A stretch of 64,000 nucleotides of DNA, taken from positions 1,216,001 to 1,280,000 of the forward strand of contig CAVYKI010000009.1 in assembly GCA_963769025.1 (NCBI GenBank). Direction: 5' to 3'. This document shows positions 42,723-56,079 of this stretch, in pieces; within the stretch, counting starts at the first letter, position 1, and each line of letters opens with the position of its first letter. The position numbers and the translations under genes were made by a program. The stretch is from an uncultured Verrucomicrobiae bacterium. Lineage in GTDB: Bacteria > Verrucomicrobiota > Verrucomicrobiia > Chthoniobacterales > Chthoniobacteraceae. Below the pieces are notes generated by a model. It was not told where the DNA came from and did no database searches. It worked only from the letters and a program-made list of their open reading frames with translations.

Positions 42723-44210
42723 GTGACCAACCACGAGGCACTTGAACTTGCGCGCCATCACCACCGAGCCGGGCGCTTGGCGGAGGCCGAGACCATCTAC
42801 CGGAGATCCTGGCCGCCGAGCCACGTCACGCGGATGCGCTGCATCTGCTCGGAGTCATCGCCGGGCAGACCGGCAGGCATGAGGCCGCAGTGCAATGTCT
42901 CCGCCAGTCCGTCGTCGTCCGGCCCGATCATCCGGAAGTTCACAAAAACCTCGGCGTCGCGCTGAAGGACAGCGGACGGATCGACGAAGCCATCGCCGCT
43001 TATCGGACGGCCGTCGCCCTCAAGCCCGACTACGCCGAAGCCCACAAGAATCTCGGCAGCGCGCTTTATCCCAAAGGGCCTGCTCGACGAATCCATCGCC
43101 GCTTATCGGCAGGCCATCGCGCACAGGCCCGCGTTTGCCGAGGCCCATGGGAATCTCGGCGCGGCTCTCACCGCCTCGCGCCAGCTCGACGAAGCGATCT
43201 CCGCCTGCCGCGAGGCCATCGCGCTCCGGCCTGGAAATCCCGAAGCCCACAACAACCTCGGCAATGCGCTGCACGACCAAGGTCATTTCGCCGACGCCAT
43301 CGCAGCCTACCGCGCAGCGCTCGCGCTCAGGCCCGGTTTCGCACCCGCCTGCAACAATCTCGGAATCGCGCTCCACGCCAGCGGCCAGCACGATGAAGCC
43401 ATCGCCGCATATCGCCGGGCCATCGAGTTGCAGCCCGACAATCCGGACATTTTTGGCAACCTCGGCAACGTCCTCAAACAGGAAGGCCGCCTCGACGAAG
43501 CCATCGCCGCCTATCGCAGCGCCGTCCGCCTAAAACCCGCTTCGCCCGACTGGCAGCACATCCTCGCCGCACTCACCGGCGATCATTCTTCCTCCACCAC
43601 TCCCGCCAGCTACGTCCGGAAGCTCTTCGATCCCTACGCCCGCGAATTCGACGTTCATCTCGTCGCAAAGCTCCACTATCGCGTCCCCGAACAACTTCTC
43701 GAAGCCGTCCTCGCCGTCGCCCGTGGCAGAAAGTTCGACATCCTCGACCTCGGCTGCGGCACCGGGCTATGCGGCGTCGCATTCCGTTCACTCGCCAACA
43801 GCCTCACCGGCGCGGACCTCTCACCGGCGATGATCGCGCAAGCCGGCGTGCGCGGCATCTACGACCGCCTGCTCACCGCCGACCTCGCTGAAGCCCTGCA
43901 GGCGGATGAAGGCTGCGACCTCGTCCTCGCAGGCGACCTTTTCATCTACACCGGCGACCTCAGCCAGATCTTCCCCGCAACCGCCCGCGCGCTGCGTCCA
44001 GGCGGGTTATTCGCGTTTTCCCTCGAACGCCACGACGGCGAAGGCTTCATCCTCCACTCGAAAGTGCGTTTCGCGCATTCGCTCGCCTACATCCGCGAAC
44101 TGTCCGCGCGGCACCACCTGGCCGAACTCCACGTCCACGAAGTCACCCTACGCAAGAGCGGCCCCCACGACGTGCCAGGATGGATCGTGGTGCTGCAGAA
44201 ACCGGGCTGA
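42723..44210 (+). CDS. TPR-repeat protein with C-terminal SAM-dependent methyltransferase; frameshifts
   Basis: Repeated A..NLG..L...G..DEAIA.YR.A..L.P units; YVRKLFD.YA..FD..L...L.Y..P; LDLGCGTGL.G; RFAHS. Confidence 0.87.
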
Positions 44211-44310
44211 ACCCGGCTTTGCGGAGCGGAGTCGTGCGAATGGCTCGGCGGACACCAAGCGATCCACCGGCTCAACGCCGACCGGTGCATTCCTGCGCTG
44301 CCGCCACCGG

Positions 44311-44868
44311 CTACGTCTTTCGCGAAAACTTCCTGCGGAGGACAAAGCCGATCGCCTTCCACCGGCGAGTGAAATGCCCACCGCGCGGCAGCCATGACTT
44401 GATCTCATTCTTCCAACGCACCACCGCCGCCCATGCAGGCATGGACTTGATGGCCGTGTAGAGCCAGGTCTTCAGCCGGGCGATCCATTCGTAGATCCGG
44501 CGGAACCACACGACCGTGAGCAGCCGTGGCCGGCACACCGCAAAAATGCGCGCCACGATGGCAGTGCCGAGGACCTTCGCCGCGACGATGATGAGCAACC
44601 CTCCGCCGGGATGGCCCTGCGCAATCAGGAAAAGCGCGGCGATCTTCACCGGCAACAGCATCAAGCCAGGGACGAAGAACACCGCCATCGCACCGTACGG
44701 CGGCAGCGCAGCCAGCCTGCGCTCCAGCCAGCGAAAGACACGCGCGCGAGCCACCCACGCCATGAAATTGGCGAGATGCACCCACAGCCATTCCTCGAAA
44801 AACATGATCGCCGCCGCGAGGATCACCATGGGCGGGTAGAACAGTTTCTTGAGCAGGCGGCGGAACAT
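44311..44868 (-). CDS. Hypothetical membrane protein
   Basis: FEEWLW, LPPY.A...F..P...LLP.K, AKVLGTA..ARIF hydrophobic pattern. Confidence 0.72.
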   Translation of the reverse strand: MFRRLLKKLFYPPMVILAAAIMFFEEWLWVHLANFMAWVARARVFRWLERRLAALPPYGAMAVFFVPGLMLLPVKIAALFLIAQGHPGGGLLIIVAAKVLGTAIVARIFAVCRPRLLTVVWFRRIYEWIARLKTWLYTAIKSMPAWAAVVRWKNEIKSWLPRGGHFTRRWKAIGFVLRRKFSRKT

Positions 44869-45094
44869 GAAAATTGGTTCGCGGACAATGCCGGGAGAGC
44901 ATGAGTCACTCCACCTTCAAAAATGTCACGCCAGACCGTCCCGGCATCGCAACTCCGAACGTCGCACCCCGCATCGAGGAAAGCACGGGCATCAAACCAA
45001 GGATCAGCGGCAACAGATGTGCGCCTACGGCTCGCCCGCTGCTTCCGACCGATCGAGCGGTTTAGGATTCCGCCCAGCCGCGGCGCGGGATTGA

Positions 45095-47154
45095 ATGCGC
45101 GGCGTGAAGCGCCTCCTTGTTTTCCTATGCGCGGCGTTGCCGCTGGCGGGGCAGACTGCTTTCGCTCAGGCCCCTGCCCTGCCGCCGGAGCCGCTGACAA
45201 CGGCGCGCCAGGTGCGTGCGCTTTCCCCGACCGAGGCGGAACAGAAATGGCCCGTGAAACTGCGCGCGACCGTAAACGCAATGGATCCCGGGCGCTCGAT
45301 TTTCATCCAGGACCCGACGGGCGGCACATTTGTCACTCGCCCAAAAGGGCAGTCGGCCGTGACACTTGGCGACGTCGTGGAAGTGGAAGGCGTGACGTAT
45401 CCGGGGCTGTTCCTGCCGGGCATCATGGCATCCTCGCTGCGCGTGACGGGGCGCGGGGAAATGCCGGAAGCGGCGGATGTGACGTTCGACGATTTGCTGA
45501 GCGGCAGGTGGCACTACCAGCGCGTGGCCATCGGCGGCATCGTGCGCTCTGCGGTGACGACGGAGGATGGGCGGACTGTGGTGAATTTCGCGGTGGGCGC
45601 GCGGAAGCTGGAAGTGCATTTCGTGGTGCCGGGCGTCCCGGAACTGCCGCGGCTCGTGGACGCGCGGGTGCGAATCGCGGGACTCGCCACGGGCTACATC
45701 AATGACAAGCGGCAGCTCATCGCGCCGCAGGTGTACGTGAGCAGGATGGAGGATTTCCAAATCGAGGAAGCGTCGCCGGAGGATGCCTTCGCGGCACCGC
45801 TCACCACAGTCACGGAATTGCTGCATTTCCGCCCCGAGGGAATATCCGGCCATCGCGTGCTGCTGCGCGGCGTGGTGACGTACAGTCAGCCGGGCGAAGC
45901 GATCTTCCTGCGCAGCGAGGGGCACGGCCGCTCGTTCAGACCGCCGCCGGCGAGGCTCCGCGAGAGGGCGAGTCGCCATTGGCGCCGGGCGATGTGGTGG
46001 AAGTCGCGGGATTCCCGGCGATGGGAAAATTCAGCGCATTCCTTGAGGATGCGGAATTTCGGAGGGCTTGGCCGGAGGACGCGCCTCAGCCGGTGCCGGT
46101 GACACTGAAAGAGGCGCTGAAAGGCGCGAACGATGCCGACCTCGTGACGCTCGATGCGCAACTGATCGAGGTGCTGGAGACGGCGGCGGAATCCGTGCTG
46201 CTGCTGCGCGCGGAGGAGACGGCGTTCAGCGCGCGCATTCCGCGCACGCAGCTCTCGCTGCGCAGCGGCAGCCTCCTGCGGATCACGGGCATCTGCCGCG
46301 TGGATGAGCCGAATTTTCCGCGCGTCGGATTCCAGGCGAAGCCGCGTTCCATCGAAGTATTGCTGCGCTCGCCCGCGGACATCGCGGTGCTCGCCGCACC
46401 ATCCTGGTGGACTGCGCAGCGGCTCGCGTGGGCAGGCGCGCTGCTGCTCGGGATCGCAGTCGCGGCGCTCGCGTGGGCGGTGATGCTCCGCCGCCGCGTG
46501 GCGGCGCAGACGGCGGTGATCCGGGAAAAAGTGGAGCGCGAAGCGATGCTGGAGGAGCGCCAGCGAGTGGCCCGAGAGATGCACGACACACTCGCGCAGA
46601 GCTTCTCCGGGCTCGGTTTCCAACTCGAAGCGCTGGCCGCGGGCCTGCCCGCTGAGACGGACACGGCACACGCACAGCTGGAAACCGCGAAGCAGATGGT
46701 GCGGCACGGGCAGGAGGAGTTTCGCCGCTCGCTGATGAACCTGCGCGCCGGGGAACTCGAACGCGGCGGACTCGCCACGGCGCTGCCGGAACTCGCACGG
46801 CAAATCACCGCAGGCACGGGCATCGTGCCCGACTTTGAAACGAAGGGAACGCCACGCGGCCTGCCTGAAGCCGTCGAGGCAAACCTGCTGCGCATCGCGC
46901 AGGAGTGCGTGAACAACGCCGTGCGCCACGCGTGCCCGAAGCACATCGCCATCGAACTCTGCTACGAACCGGCAGCCGTCCGACTGTGCGTGACGGACGA
47001 CGGCGCAGGTTTTGATCCGGAGCGCGCGGCGGCATCCGGCACGGGGCATTTCGGGCTGCGCGGCATCCGGCGCGCGGAGCAGATCCACGCGAATGTGGAA
47101 TTGCGCTCCCAGCCCGGCGAGGGAACGAAGGTCACGGTAACCGTCCCGCTTTGA
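45095..47154 (+). CDS. Sensor histidine kinase (HisKA_3/NarX type) with large repeated periplasmic domain; frameshift near 45950
   Basis: EERQRVAREMHDTLAQ, LLRIAQECVNNA.RHA, V.DDG.GFD, GHFGLRG. Confidence 0.88.
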
Positions 47155-47156
47155 AC

Positions 47157-47783
47157 ATGCCGCCACGCAAGATCCGCCTGCTGCTCGTCGATGATCACCT
47201 CATCGCGCGCACCGGGCTGCGCGGATTGCTGGAGACGCAGCCCGATCTCGCGGTGGTCGCGGAAGCGGCCAGCGGCGAGGCGGCGCTCGCGGCATTCGAA
47301 GAGCACCGGCCCGATGTGACGCTGATGGACCTGCGGATGCCGGGCATGGGCGGAGTGGAGACAACGGCCGCCATCCGTGCGCGTTTTCCGGATGCCCGCA
47401 TCCTGGTGCTGACGACCTTCGACACCGAGGAGGACATCTTCCGCGTCCTCAACGCCGGGGCGGCCGGCTACCTGCTCAAGAACACGGAGACGAAACCGCT
47501 GCTGGAAACCATCCGCGCCGTCCATGAGGGCACATACCGGACGCCTGCGGAAATCGACGCTCGCCTCGCGAAATGGCGCGCGATGCCGGAGCTCTCGGCG
47601 CGCGAACGTGAAGTGCTCGAACTCATCGTGCGCGGACGGAGCAACAAGGAAATCGGCGCAAACCTCGGCGTCGCCGAAAACACGGTGAAGAACCACGTGA
47701 AGGTCATCCTCGGCAAACTCGGCGTGCAGGATTGCACGCAGGCTGCGACCACGGCTCTCCAGCGCGGCCTCGTGAGCCTTTAG
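47157..47783 (+). CDS. NarL/LuxR family response regulator
   Basis: LLVDDH, DVTLMDLRMPG, GYLLK, LSAREREVL...G.SNKEI...TVKNH. Confidence 0.93.
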   Translation: MPPRKIRLLLVDDHLIARTGLRGLLETQPDLAVVAEAASGEAALAAFEEHRPDVTLMDLRMPGMGGVETTAAIRARFPDARILVLTTFDTEEDIFRVLNAGAAGYLLKNTETKPLLETIRAVHEGTYRTPAEIDARLAKWRAMPELSAREREVLELIVRGRSNKEIGANLGVAENTVKNHVKVILGKLGVQDCTQAATTALQRGLVSL

Positions 47784-47863
47784 CACGTGCCGGGATGATA
47801 GCCCGAAAGGGCCATTGTCTGCGTCCTCTGGATCCGGCATGTTCCGGGTGTCCTCATCGCCCC

Positions 47864-50800
47864 ATGACCACCACTGCCCAGCGCACGTTCCTCACATTCA
47901 TCGCCGGACTCTCGGTGTCCGCCGCCCAGTTTCTCCACGGCGCGGATCTCCCCTACCGCGAAGTGCTGCTCGCCGACAAGCCGGCGGCGTATTGGCGCTT
48001 CGACACGATCGAGGAATGCTGCACGCCAAATGAGACGCACGAGTCGCTCCGTGCCAACGCGGGGACGAATGTCTCGCTGCTCGAAGCCGGGCCGCGTCCG
48101 CCGAGCTTTCCGCGCATTTTCCGCGGAGAACACCGCTGCGGATTTCACCGGCTACGAACGCGACACGTATCTGCGCGTGAAGGATCCGGGGACGCGGAGC
48201 GAGTTCGACTTTGAAAACGGCGACACGATCACGATCGAGGCGTGGGTGCAGTGCGACGAGCATCGGCGACGGGCAGAACGCGTACATCATCGGCAAGGGC
48301 CGCACGGGCCTGCCGGGCGTCCGCGCGCACAATCAGAACTGGGCGCTCCGCCTGCGCGGGCAGGCGGGCTGGCGTGCGTGAGCTTCGTCTTCCACGACCG
48401 CGAGAACGCGGGCGAGAAAGACTGGCACCGCTGGACGACGCGAGCGGGTTCGTGCCGGGGACGGACTGGCATCACGTCGCGGTGAGCTACACCTTTGGCG
48501 AATCGGACAGCATCCGCGGCTACGTGGACGGCGAGGAGGTCAAGGGCGCGTGGGACATGGGCGGGGCGACCGCGGCGCGCCGATGGTGGACGATGACGAG
48601 GTGTGGATCGGCACGTCGATGGGCGGCGCACCGCAGGCTCGAGTCTCCGGGACGGCTCGATGAGCTCGCCATCTACCGCACGGCGCTGACGCACGAGCGG
48701 ATCAGGATCCACGCCGCCGCGAAGCCGTCGTCCCCGGGCGCGCCGCGCCCGTGGTGAAGATCGCACCCGGGGCAAAGCCTGCGCCGAAGGGCGAGGCGCT
48801 GCCGCTGCCGCCCGCGATCATCGCGGCGGAGGAATTGCCGAAGGGCAAGGTGCGCGTGCAGGTGTTCGAGTTCCGAAGCCGGCGGAGCAGGAGTCCGGCT
48901 GGGCGTCGAATGATTCGCCGAAGAAGAAGGCGGAATCCACCGACTTGGACGAGTCGTGGTCGGTGCTGCCGGAAATCCGAACGGATGAATTCACGGAGCA
49001 GGCATTCGCGTTTGCGGACGTCACGAACAAATACAACGAGCGCGGCGTGAAGGTGGATCGCTCCGCGCCCTTCCTCATCCGCGCCGCCGGCGTGGTGCGC
49101 CTCCCCGCGGGCGAGTACACGCTGCATCTGCGCGCGCTCAGCGGCGCGCGTGTCGCATCGACGGCACAATCGTCGCCGACACGCCGCTGAAAAAGGGCCA
49201 GGGCGGCGACGCGGAGGCCGTGCCGGACATGGCGAAGCTGCAGCTCGTGGAATCGATGCCGCCCGCTCCAGCCCGGCCACAGGGAAGTGATGGCGACCGA
49301 GCAGCGACGGCCAGCCGCATGTGCTTCTGTCGAAGCCTTCGTCGGCGGCAAGGGAATCCGCCCGGAACTCGGCCAGCTGTTCGCCGCGTGTCGAGGGACG
49401 GCAAGGCCTTCGCCTGCTCGCGCCCGAGGCGCGGAGGCACCGCGCCGGGACTCGACGAGGGCATGGCAGAAGTTACCGAGGAGCAGCGCGCGCGATCGCG
49501 ACGCTCAATGCGGAGCGACGCCGGAATCCGGCGGAGGAGGCGTACTGGAAGAAACGCCACGATCTCGCCCGCCAGAACGCGAAGCCCGCGATCGCGGTGC
49601 CATCGGCCGCGGCGAACGCATCCGCAACGACGTCGATCGCTTCATCGGCGCGAAGCTCGAGAAGGCCGGCGTCGAAACCCGCCCCGCTGATCGACGACGC
49701 CGCCTTCCTCCGCCGCGCGACGCTCGACACCATCGGGCTGGTCCCACCCCGGAGGAGGCCGCCGCCTTCCTCGCCGACAATGCCCGCGACAAGCGCGCCC
49801 GCGCCATCGACCGCCTGCTCGCCGACCCGCGCTGGGCCGACCAGTGGGTGCCCTACTGGCAGGACGTGCTCGCGGAGAATCCCGCGCATCCTCAAGGCCA
49901 CGCTGAACAACACCGGCCCGTTCCGCTTCTTCCTCCACGACGCGCTGCGCGACAACTGGCCGATGGACCGCTTCGTCACCGCGCTCGTCGCGATGGAAGG
50001 CAGCGCGCGCAACGGCGGCACCGCGGGCTTCGCCATCGCCTCGCAGAACGACCTGCCGATGGCGAACAAGGCGCAGATCTTTCGCTCCGCCTTTCTCGCG
50101 CATGGAGATGAAATGCGCGCGCTGCCACGACGCGCCGAATCATCCCTTCAACCAGGAGGACCTCTTCGCCATCTCCGCGATGCTCCAGCGCGCGCCGGTG
50201 AAGGTGCCCGGCACCAGCCTCACGCAAGGCCTGAGCGCGAACAGCCACGTCGTCGTCTCGCTCAAGGCCGGGCAGAAGATCGAGCCGCACTTGCCGTTCG
50301 AGGACGCTGCCGCCCGAGCCGCTGCCCGGCGTGCTGCGCAATGCCGAGGACACGCGCGAGCAACTCGCCGCGATCCTCACCGATCCGCGCAACGAGCGCT
50401 TCGCGCAGGTCGTCGTCAATCGCCTGTGGAAGCGGCTGCTCGGCTTCGGCATCGTCGATCCGGTCGATGATTGGGAAGACGTGAGCGCCGTCGCACCCCG
50501 AGCTGCTGACCTGGCTCGGCTCGCGAGCTCATCACGCACGACTACGACCTCAAGCACGTCGCGCGGCTGATCATGAATTCGCGACGACCTATCAGCGCGT
50601 CGTCACCGACGCCGGCTTCGCGCGTGCCAAGACCAGCAGCGAGCGGCTCTTCGCAGTCGCCCGCGCGCCGCCGCCTCACCGCCGAGCAGCTCGTCGATTC
50701 GCTCTTCCAGGTCGCGGGCAAGGAATTCGACTGCGAGGAGCTGAACTTCGATCTCGATGCGCCGCCGCACGATCAAGGACTTCCTCAATCTCGGCACGCC

Positions 50801-51394
50801 GCACCGCGCGTGGGAATTCGTCGGCCTGAGCAACGAGCGCGACCGTCCTTCGCTCGGCAAACCCTCCGCGCAGCCGTTCACCGACGTGCTCGCCGAATTC
50901 GGCTGGCGCGACTCGCCGCGCCGAGCCCGGAGCACGCGCGAGGAAGACGCCAACGTCCTCCAGCCCGCGCTGCTCGCCAACGGCATCCTCGGCGCGCGCA
51001 TCACGCGGCTGAGCGACGACAGCGCCTTCACCGCGCTCGCCCTGCGCGACCAGCCGCTCGACGATCTCGTCACGCAGCTCTTCCAGCGCGTGCTCTCCCG
51101 CGCGCCGAGCGGCCACGGAGCGCGCCGCTTCACCGCGACTGCTGCGCGACGGCTACGCCGACCGCCTGCTCGCGGTGCCCAGCGGCGACCTGCCGAAGAA
51201 GCCGCGCATCACGAAGTTCGCGATGTGGAGCAATCACCTCCACCCCGACTCCACGCCCGTCGTCTATGAACGCGAGCAGCATCGTCCGCGCCGGCGACCC
51301 GCCGACACCGCGCCTCGCCGCCGCCTGGCGCGAGCGCATGGAAGACGCCGTCTGGGCGCTCATGCTCACGCCCGAATTCACCTACGTCCCATGA
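47864..51394 (+). CDS. LamG/ConA-like + DUF1549 + DUF1553 protein; many frameshifts
   Basis: [41 protein letters not shown]...IDRLL, CARCHD.P heme-type motif, FA.V.VNRLWK...[18 protein letters not shown]. Confidence 0.82.
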
Positions 51395-51407
51395 ACCTTC
51401 TCCCGCC

Positions 51408-52719
51408 ATGACCACTCCTCACTCCCGCCGCGACTTCCTCACCCGCGCCTCGCTCGCCGCCGGCGCGCTCGCCCTCCGGCTTCGCCGCCGCCAATGCCGC
51501 TGACGCCGCCGTGCCGCTCGGCAAGGCCGAGCACTGCATCTTCATCTGGCTCGGCGGCGGCATGTCGCAGATCGACACCTTCGACGCCAAGCCGACGCAA
51601 GGGCGACGGCAAGAAAGTCGCCGGCTGCTACTACGACATCATCGACACCGCGATCCCCGACGCGCAAGTTCTGCGAGCATCTGCCGCGGCTCGCGAAGAT
51701 GGCCGAGCACCTCGTGCCCGTGCGCACGGTGAATCACAACGTCATCGACGAGCACGCCGCCGCGACCAATCGCATGCACACCGGCCGGCCTGCCGAGCGG
51801 CAGCGTCGTCTATCCGTCGCATCGGCTCGATCATCGCGCACCAGCGCAAGGCCGCCGCCGACGGCGTGCCCGCCTTACGTCGCTCATGGGCTACCCGAGC
51901 GCCACGCGCGGCCCCGGCTTCCTCGGGCCGAAGGCCGGCTACGTCTATCTCACCGACACCGCCAGCGGCCCCGCCGGGCCTCGCGCTGCCGCCCGACATT
52001 TCGCCGCGAGCGCGCGGCGCGCCGCGCAGGGCCTGCTCGCCACGGTGCGCGAGGAGTTCCGCGGACGCGCACGCCGACGACCGCGCACCGCGCGATTACG
52101 ACGCCGCGATCGAGGAAGGCTTCCGCCTGCAGGGCGGCGACTTCATGAAGGCCTTCGACCTCGCCGAGGAGCCCGATCCGCCTGCGCGCGGCGTACGGCG
52201 ACGAGTTCGGCCAGCGCTGCCTGCTCGCGCGCCGGCTCATCCAGCGCGGCGTGCGCTTCCTCGAAGTCGGCTACAACATCAACTTCGTCAACGGCACCGG
52301 CTGGGACACGCACAACGCCGCGCAGAAGGAGCAGCACCAGCTCATCCAGGGACTCGACCAGAGCGTCGCCACGCTCATCACCGATCTCGAAAACGAACGC
52401 GCCTGCTCGACAAGACGCTCATCGTCGTCGCCGGCGAGTTCGGCCGCCCGGCGCAGCTTCGACAGCGGCGGCGGGCGCGGCCATCACGGCAAATGCTTCA
52501 CCGTGCGTCCTCGCCGGCGGCGGCCTGCGCACCGGCCAGTGCGTCGGCACGACCGACGAACTCGCGATGAACATCGTCGACGATCCCGTGAGCGTGCCCG
52601 ATCTCTTCGCCACGATCTTCGCCACGATGGGCGTGAATCCGGCGAAGAACCTGATGGACGGCGATCGCCCCGTGCCGATCACCGACGGCGGCAAGCCGAT
52701 CGCGAAGCTGTTCGCGTAG
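51408..52719 (+). CDS. DUF1501 family protein (Tat-like signal); many frameshifts
   Basis: [34 protein letters not shown]...GVRF.EV, GWDTH, GEFGR, GRGHH, LAGGG. Confidence 0.87.
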
Positions 52720-52767
52720 CACCGGGAAATGCGACGTGCGGAAGTCACGAACGCGTAGGGTTTGCTG

Positions 52768-53758
52768 ATGTTTGATCGTTTCCAGCGTCCGCTTTCGCGA
52801 TCTGCGCCTCTCCGTCACGACCGCTGAATTTCCGTTGCGGCTATTGCATGCCCAAGGAGGTCTTCGGGCGCGGCTACGACTTTTTCCCCAAGGGGGACGT
52901 GCTCTCGTTTGAGGAGATTACCCGGCTCTCGGGGACTTGTCGGGGGGGCGTCGAGAAAGTGCGACTGACGGGCGGCGAGCCGCTTCTTCGGCGCCATCTG
53001 GATCTCCTGATCGGGAATCGGCGGCATCGCAGGCCTCCGCGACCTGACTCTCACCACCAACGGCTCGCGCTGGTGGAGGAAGCGGCAGCGCTCCGCGCCG
53101 CGGGGCTCCGCCGGCTGACGGTGAGCCTCGATTCGCTCGACGACGCGATTTTCCGCGCGATGAACGACGTGGACTTTCCCGTGCATCGAGTGCTCTGCGG
53201 GATCGACGCCGCGCGCGCAGCGGGATTCGCCCCGATTAAGATCAACATGGTGGTGAAGCGCGGGGTGAATGACGACGAGGTCGTGGCGATGGCGCGGCGT
53301 TCCGCGGGCCGGAATTCATCGTGCGCTTCATCGAATACATGGACGTGGGGAACAGCAACGGCTGGCGGATGGCAGGATGTGGTCCCTGCCGCGGAAATCA
53401 TCGAGCGCGTCGGCGCCGAGCTGCCGCTGGAGCCGCTGCCGCGCAATTATCCCGGCGAGATCGCGCGCCGCTACCGGCATCGCGGAGGGCGGCGAAATCG
53501 GCGTCATCGCCTCGGTCACGCAGCCATTCTGCGGCGACTGCACGCGCGCGCGGCTTTCCGCGGATGGGACGCTTTTCACGTGCCTCTTTGCCTCGCAAGG
53601 CATCGGGTTGCTGGACTAGCTGCGCGCCGGAGCCACCGAGCGATCTGCGCGAAAAAATCAGCGCCGTGTGGAAGAGGCGCGAGGACCGCTACTCGGAGAT
53701 TCGCTCCACGCAGACCGGACGCGCGCCAAAAGTCGAGATGTCGCGCGTCGGCGGCTGA
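52768..53758 (+). CDS. moaA: GTP 3',8-cyclase; frameshifts
   Basis: [59 protein letters not shown]-terminal MSRVGG. Confidence 0.9.
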
Positions 53759-53769
53759 GCGGGATTTCT

Positions 53770-54264
53770 CCCACTCGCTCGGACACAACGCTGGGCGCGG
53801 ATGACCGAGGTGATCGAGGCATTCGACGATCGCGGGCAGGAGGAGCGGCAGGCATTCGCCGATGGCGCGCGGGTTGCCGGGGAGATTGATGATCAGGGAC
53901 GTCCGCGCGTGCCGGCGGTGGCCCGGCTGAGGATGCCGTGGGCACCTTGGCAAATGACTGGACGCGCATGATCTCGCCGAAGCCGGGAAGCTCGCGCTCG
54001 AGCACTGCGTGCGTGGCCTCGGGCGTGACATCGCGCGCGGACGGGCCAGTGCCGCCGGTCGTCACCACGAGCGCGCAGTTCCTCGTCGCAGGCGCGGCGC
54101 AGCGCGGATTCGATCTGCCCGCGCTCGTCGGGGATCAGCACGCGCATCCATTCGACTTCCTCCGCGAGCGCGGTGGCAAAAAACTGCTCGATCGCCGGGC
54201 CGCTCCGGTCTTCGTAAACTCCCGCGCTCGCCCGGTCGCTCAGCGTGATACGCGCGAATTTCAT
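53770..54264 (-). CDS. mog: Molybdopterin adenylyltransferase; frameshifts, 3' end approximate
   Basis: T.SDRASAGVYED.SGP, IPDE, TTGGTGP..RDVTPEAT, LPGFGE.MR, NLPG.P..I.ECL. Confidence 0.87.
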
Positions 54265-54711
54265 TCCTTCACCTTCTCGGTCACGCGGATTCGCCAATGC
54301 TCATTTTTTATCCACGGCCTTGCACATGTCGTAAATCGTGAGCGCGGCGACGCTCACCGCGGTGAGCGCCTCCATCTCCACGCCGGTCTTCGCGGTCGTG
54401 CGCGCGGTGACTTCGATGCGGATGGCGTTGGCCAGCACCGTAAAATTCACGTCCACCGCGTCGAGCGGCAGCGAGTGGCAGAGCGGGATCAATTCGTCGC
54501 AGCGCTTCGCGGCCTGGATCGCCGCGATTTTCGCGACGGCGAGCACGTCACCCTTTGGCAGCGCCTGCTGGCGCAACGCGCGGATCGGTCGCGGCGGCGC
54601 AATGGACGAATCCCTCGGCGCTCGCGGTGCGGCGCTGCAAGGCTTGGCGCCCACGTCCACCATGCGCGCGGCGCCTCGCGTCGAGATGGCTGAAGTTTTC
54701 GTTGTTGGCAT
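54261..54711 (-). CDS. moaC: Cyclic pyranopterin monophosphate synthase; frameshifts
   Basis: ARMVDV, KGDVL..A.IA.I.AAK...[26 protein letters not shown]. Confidence 0.92.
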
Positions 54712-54746
54712 GCCGAGGCTTGCGCGCGGCAAAAAGCGAGCACGGG

Positions 54747-55934
54747 CTATGCGATCGCAGCACGGGTCAGCCGAGCGGAAATCTTATCGCCCGGAGGAAT
54801 TTCCGGACTGTTCGAGGGGATGCGGATCAGCGCATCGAAACCGCCGAGGCCCGTGAGGTCGCCGGAGCTCTGCCATTTCAACGGGACGAAACCCGGCCCC
54901 TCGCTCTCCACGACAGCCGCGCGGGCCACCATGTCTCGCGGGCTGTCCTCGTATCGGTTTCGCGCCGCCGAGCGCAGCGTCGCGAGGCCGAACTCCGCTC
55001 AGCCGGTCGTGAGCATGTCGAGGGCGGCGCGGATCACGACGTGCCAGCAGACGACGTGCGAGAGCGGATTGCCGGGAATGACGAAGGCAATCTGCCGGCC
55101 GCGCGTGGCAAAGATGAGCGGTTTGCCGGGCCGGAGATTGAGCTGCGGAAAATGGACGCGAAGCCGAGCGCCTGCAGCGCCTTCAGGCCGAAGTCGTGGT
55201 CGCCCACACTCGCACCGCCGGAGAGGAGCAGCACGTCCCAGCTCTCGGGCGCTGCGACTTCAGCGTGGACATCAGCGCGGTGAAGTCATCGCCAGCGCGA
55301 TGCTGCGCGACGATCTCCGCCGGCCTCGGCGGTGAGCGCGCGCGACGAGCGTGGAATTGCTGTCGCGGATCTGCCCCGGCGCGGCGGCATCCGGCGGCAC
55401 GATTTCGCTGCCGGTCGCGACGTGCAAGATGCGCGGACGCGGCGAAACGAGCGGTTCACGTTTCCGAGCTGTGCGCAAAGGGAGAGTTCCGGCGCACCGA
55501 GGCGCACGCCGCGGTCGATCATCACGCTCCCGTCGCGCGCGTCCTCGCCGCGCAGGCGGATGTTTGTCGCGGCGTCGCGTTTCGCGAATGAAACCGAAGC
55601 GCCCTCGCGCTTGCGCGAGTTCCTGGATGACCACTTGCGTCGTGCCCGAGGGAATCGCCGAACCTGTAAAGACACGCGCGCATTCGCCCGGGCAAATGGT
55701 GCGATCCGAGACGGCGCCGGCCGGGAGCTCGGCGACGATGGGAAACGGACCCGTGCCGTCGCCGTTCACTGCGTAGCCATCCATCGCGGAACGATCGAAT
55801 GCGGGGATGTCCTCGGTCGCCACGAGCGTCTCGCGGAGCACGCGTCCGCGGGCTTCGGCGAGCGGCAGCCGCTCCGGTGCGAGAATGTGGACGTGCTCGG
55901 CAATGAGCGAGCGGGCTTCGGCGAGCGTGAGCAT
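54747..55934 (-). CDS. moeA: Molybdopterin molybdenumtransferase; frameshifts
   Basis: [50 protein letters not shown]. Confidence 0.87.
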
Positions 55935-56079
55935 GATCGGGGGATGACTTGTGCCGTGTCGGTGCTCCGCGGGCGAATGGAAATTCCGGAGACGTTGCTC
56001 GCGAGCGCCGCAGCATGCGCTTGAAAATTCGCCGGATGAGGCGTTTTCAAAATGCGTTCGGGAGATACAGTGGTGCCGC

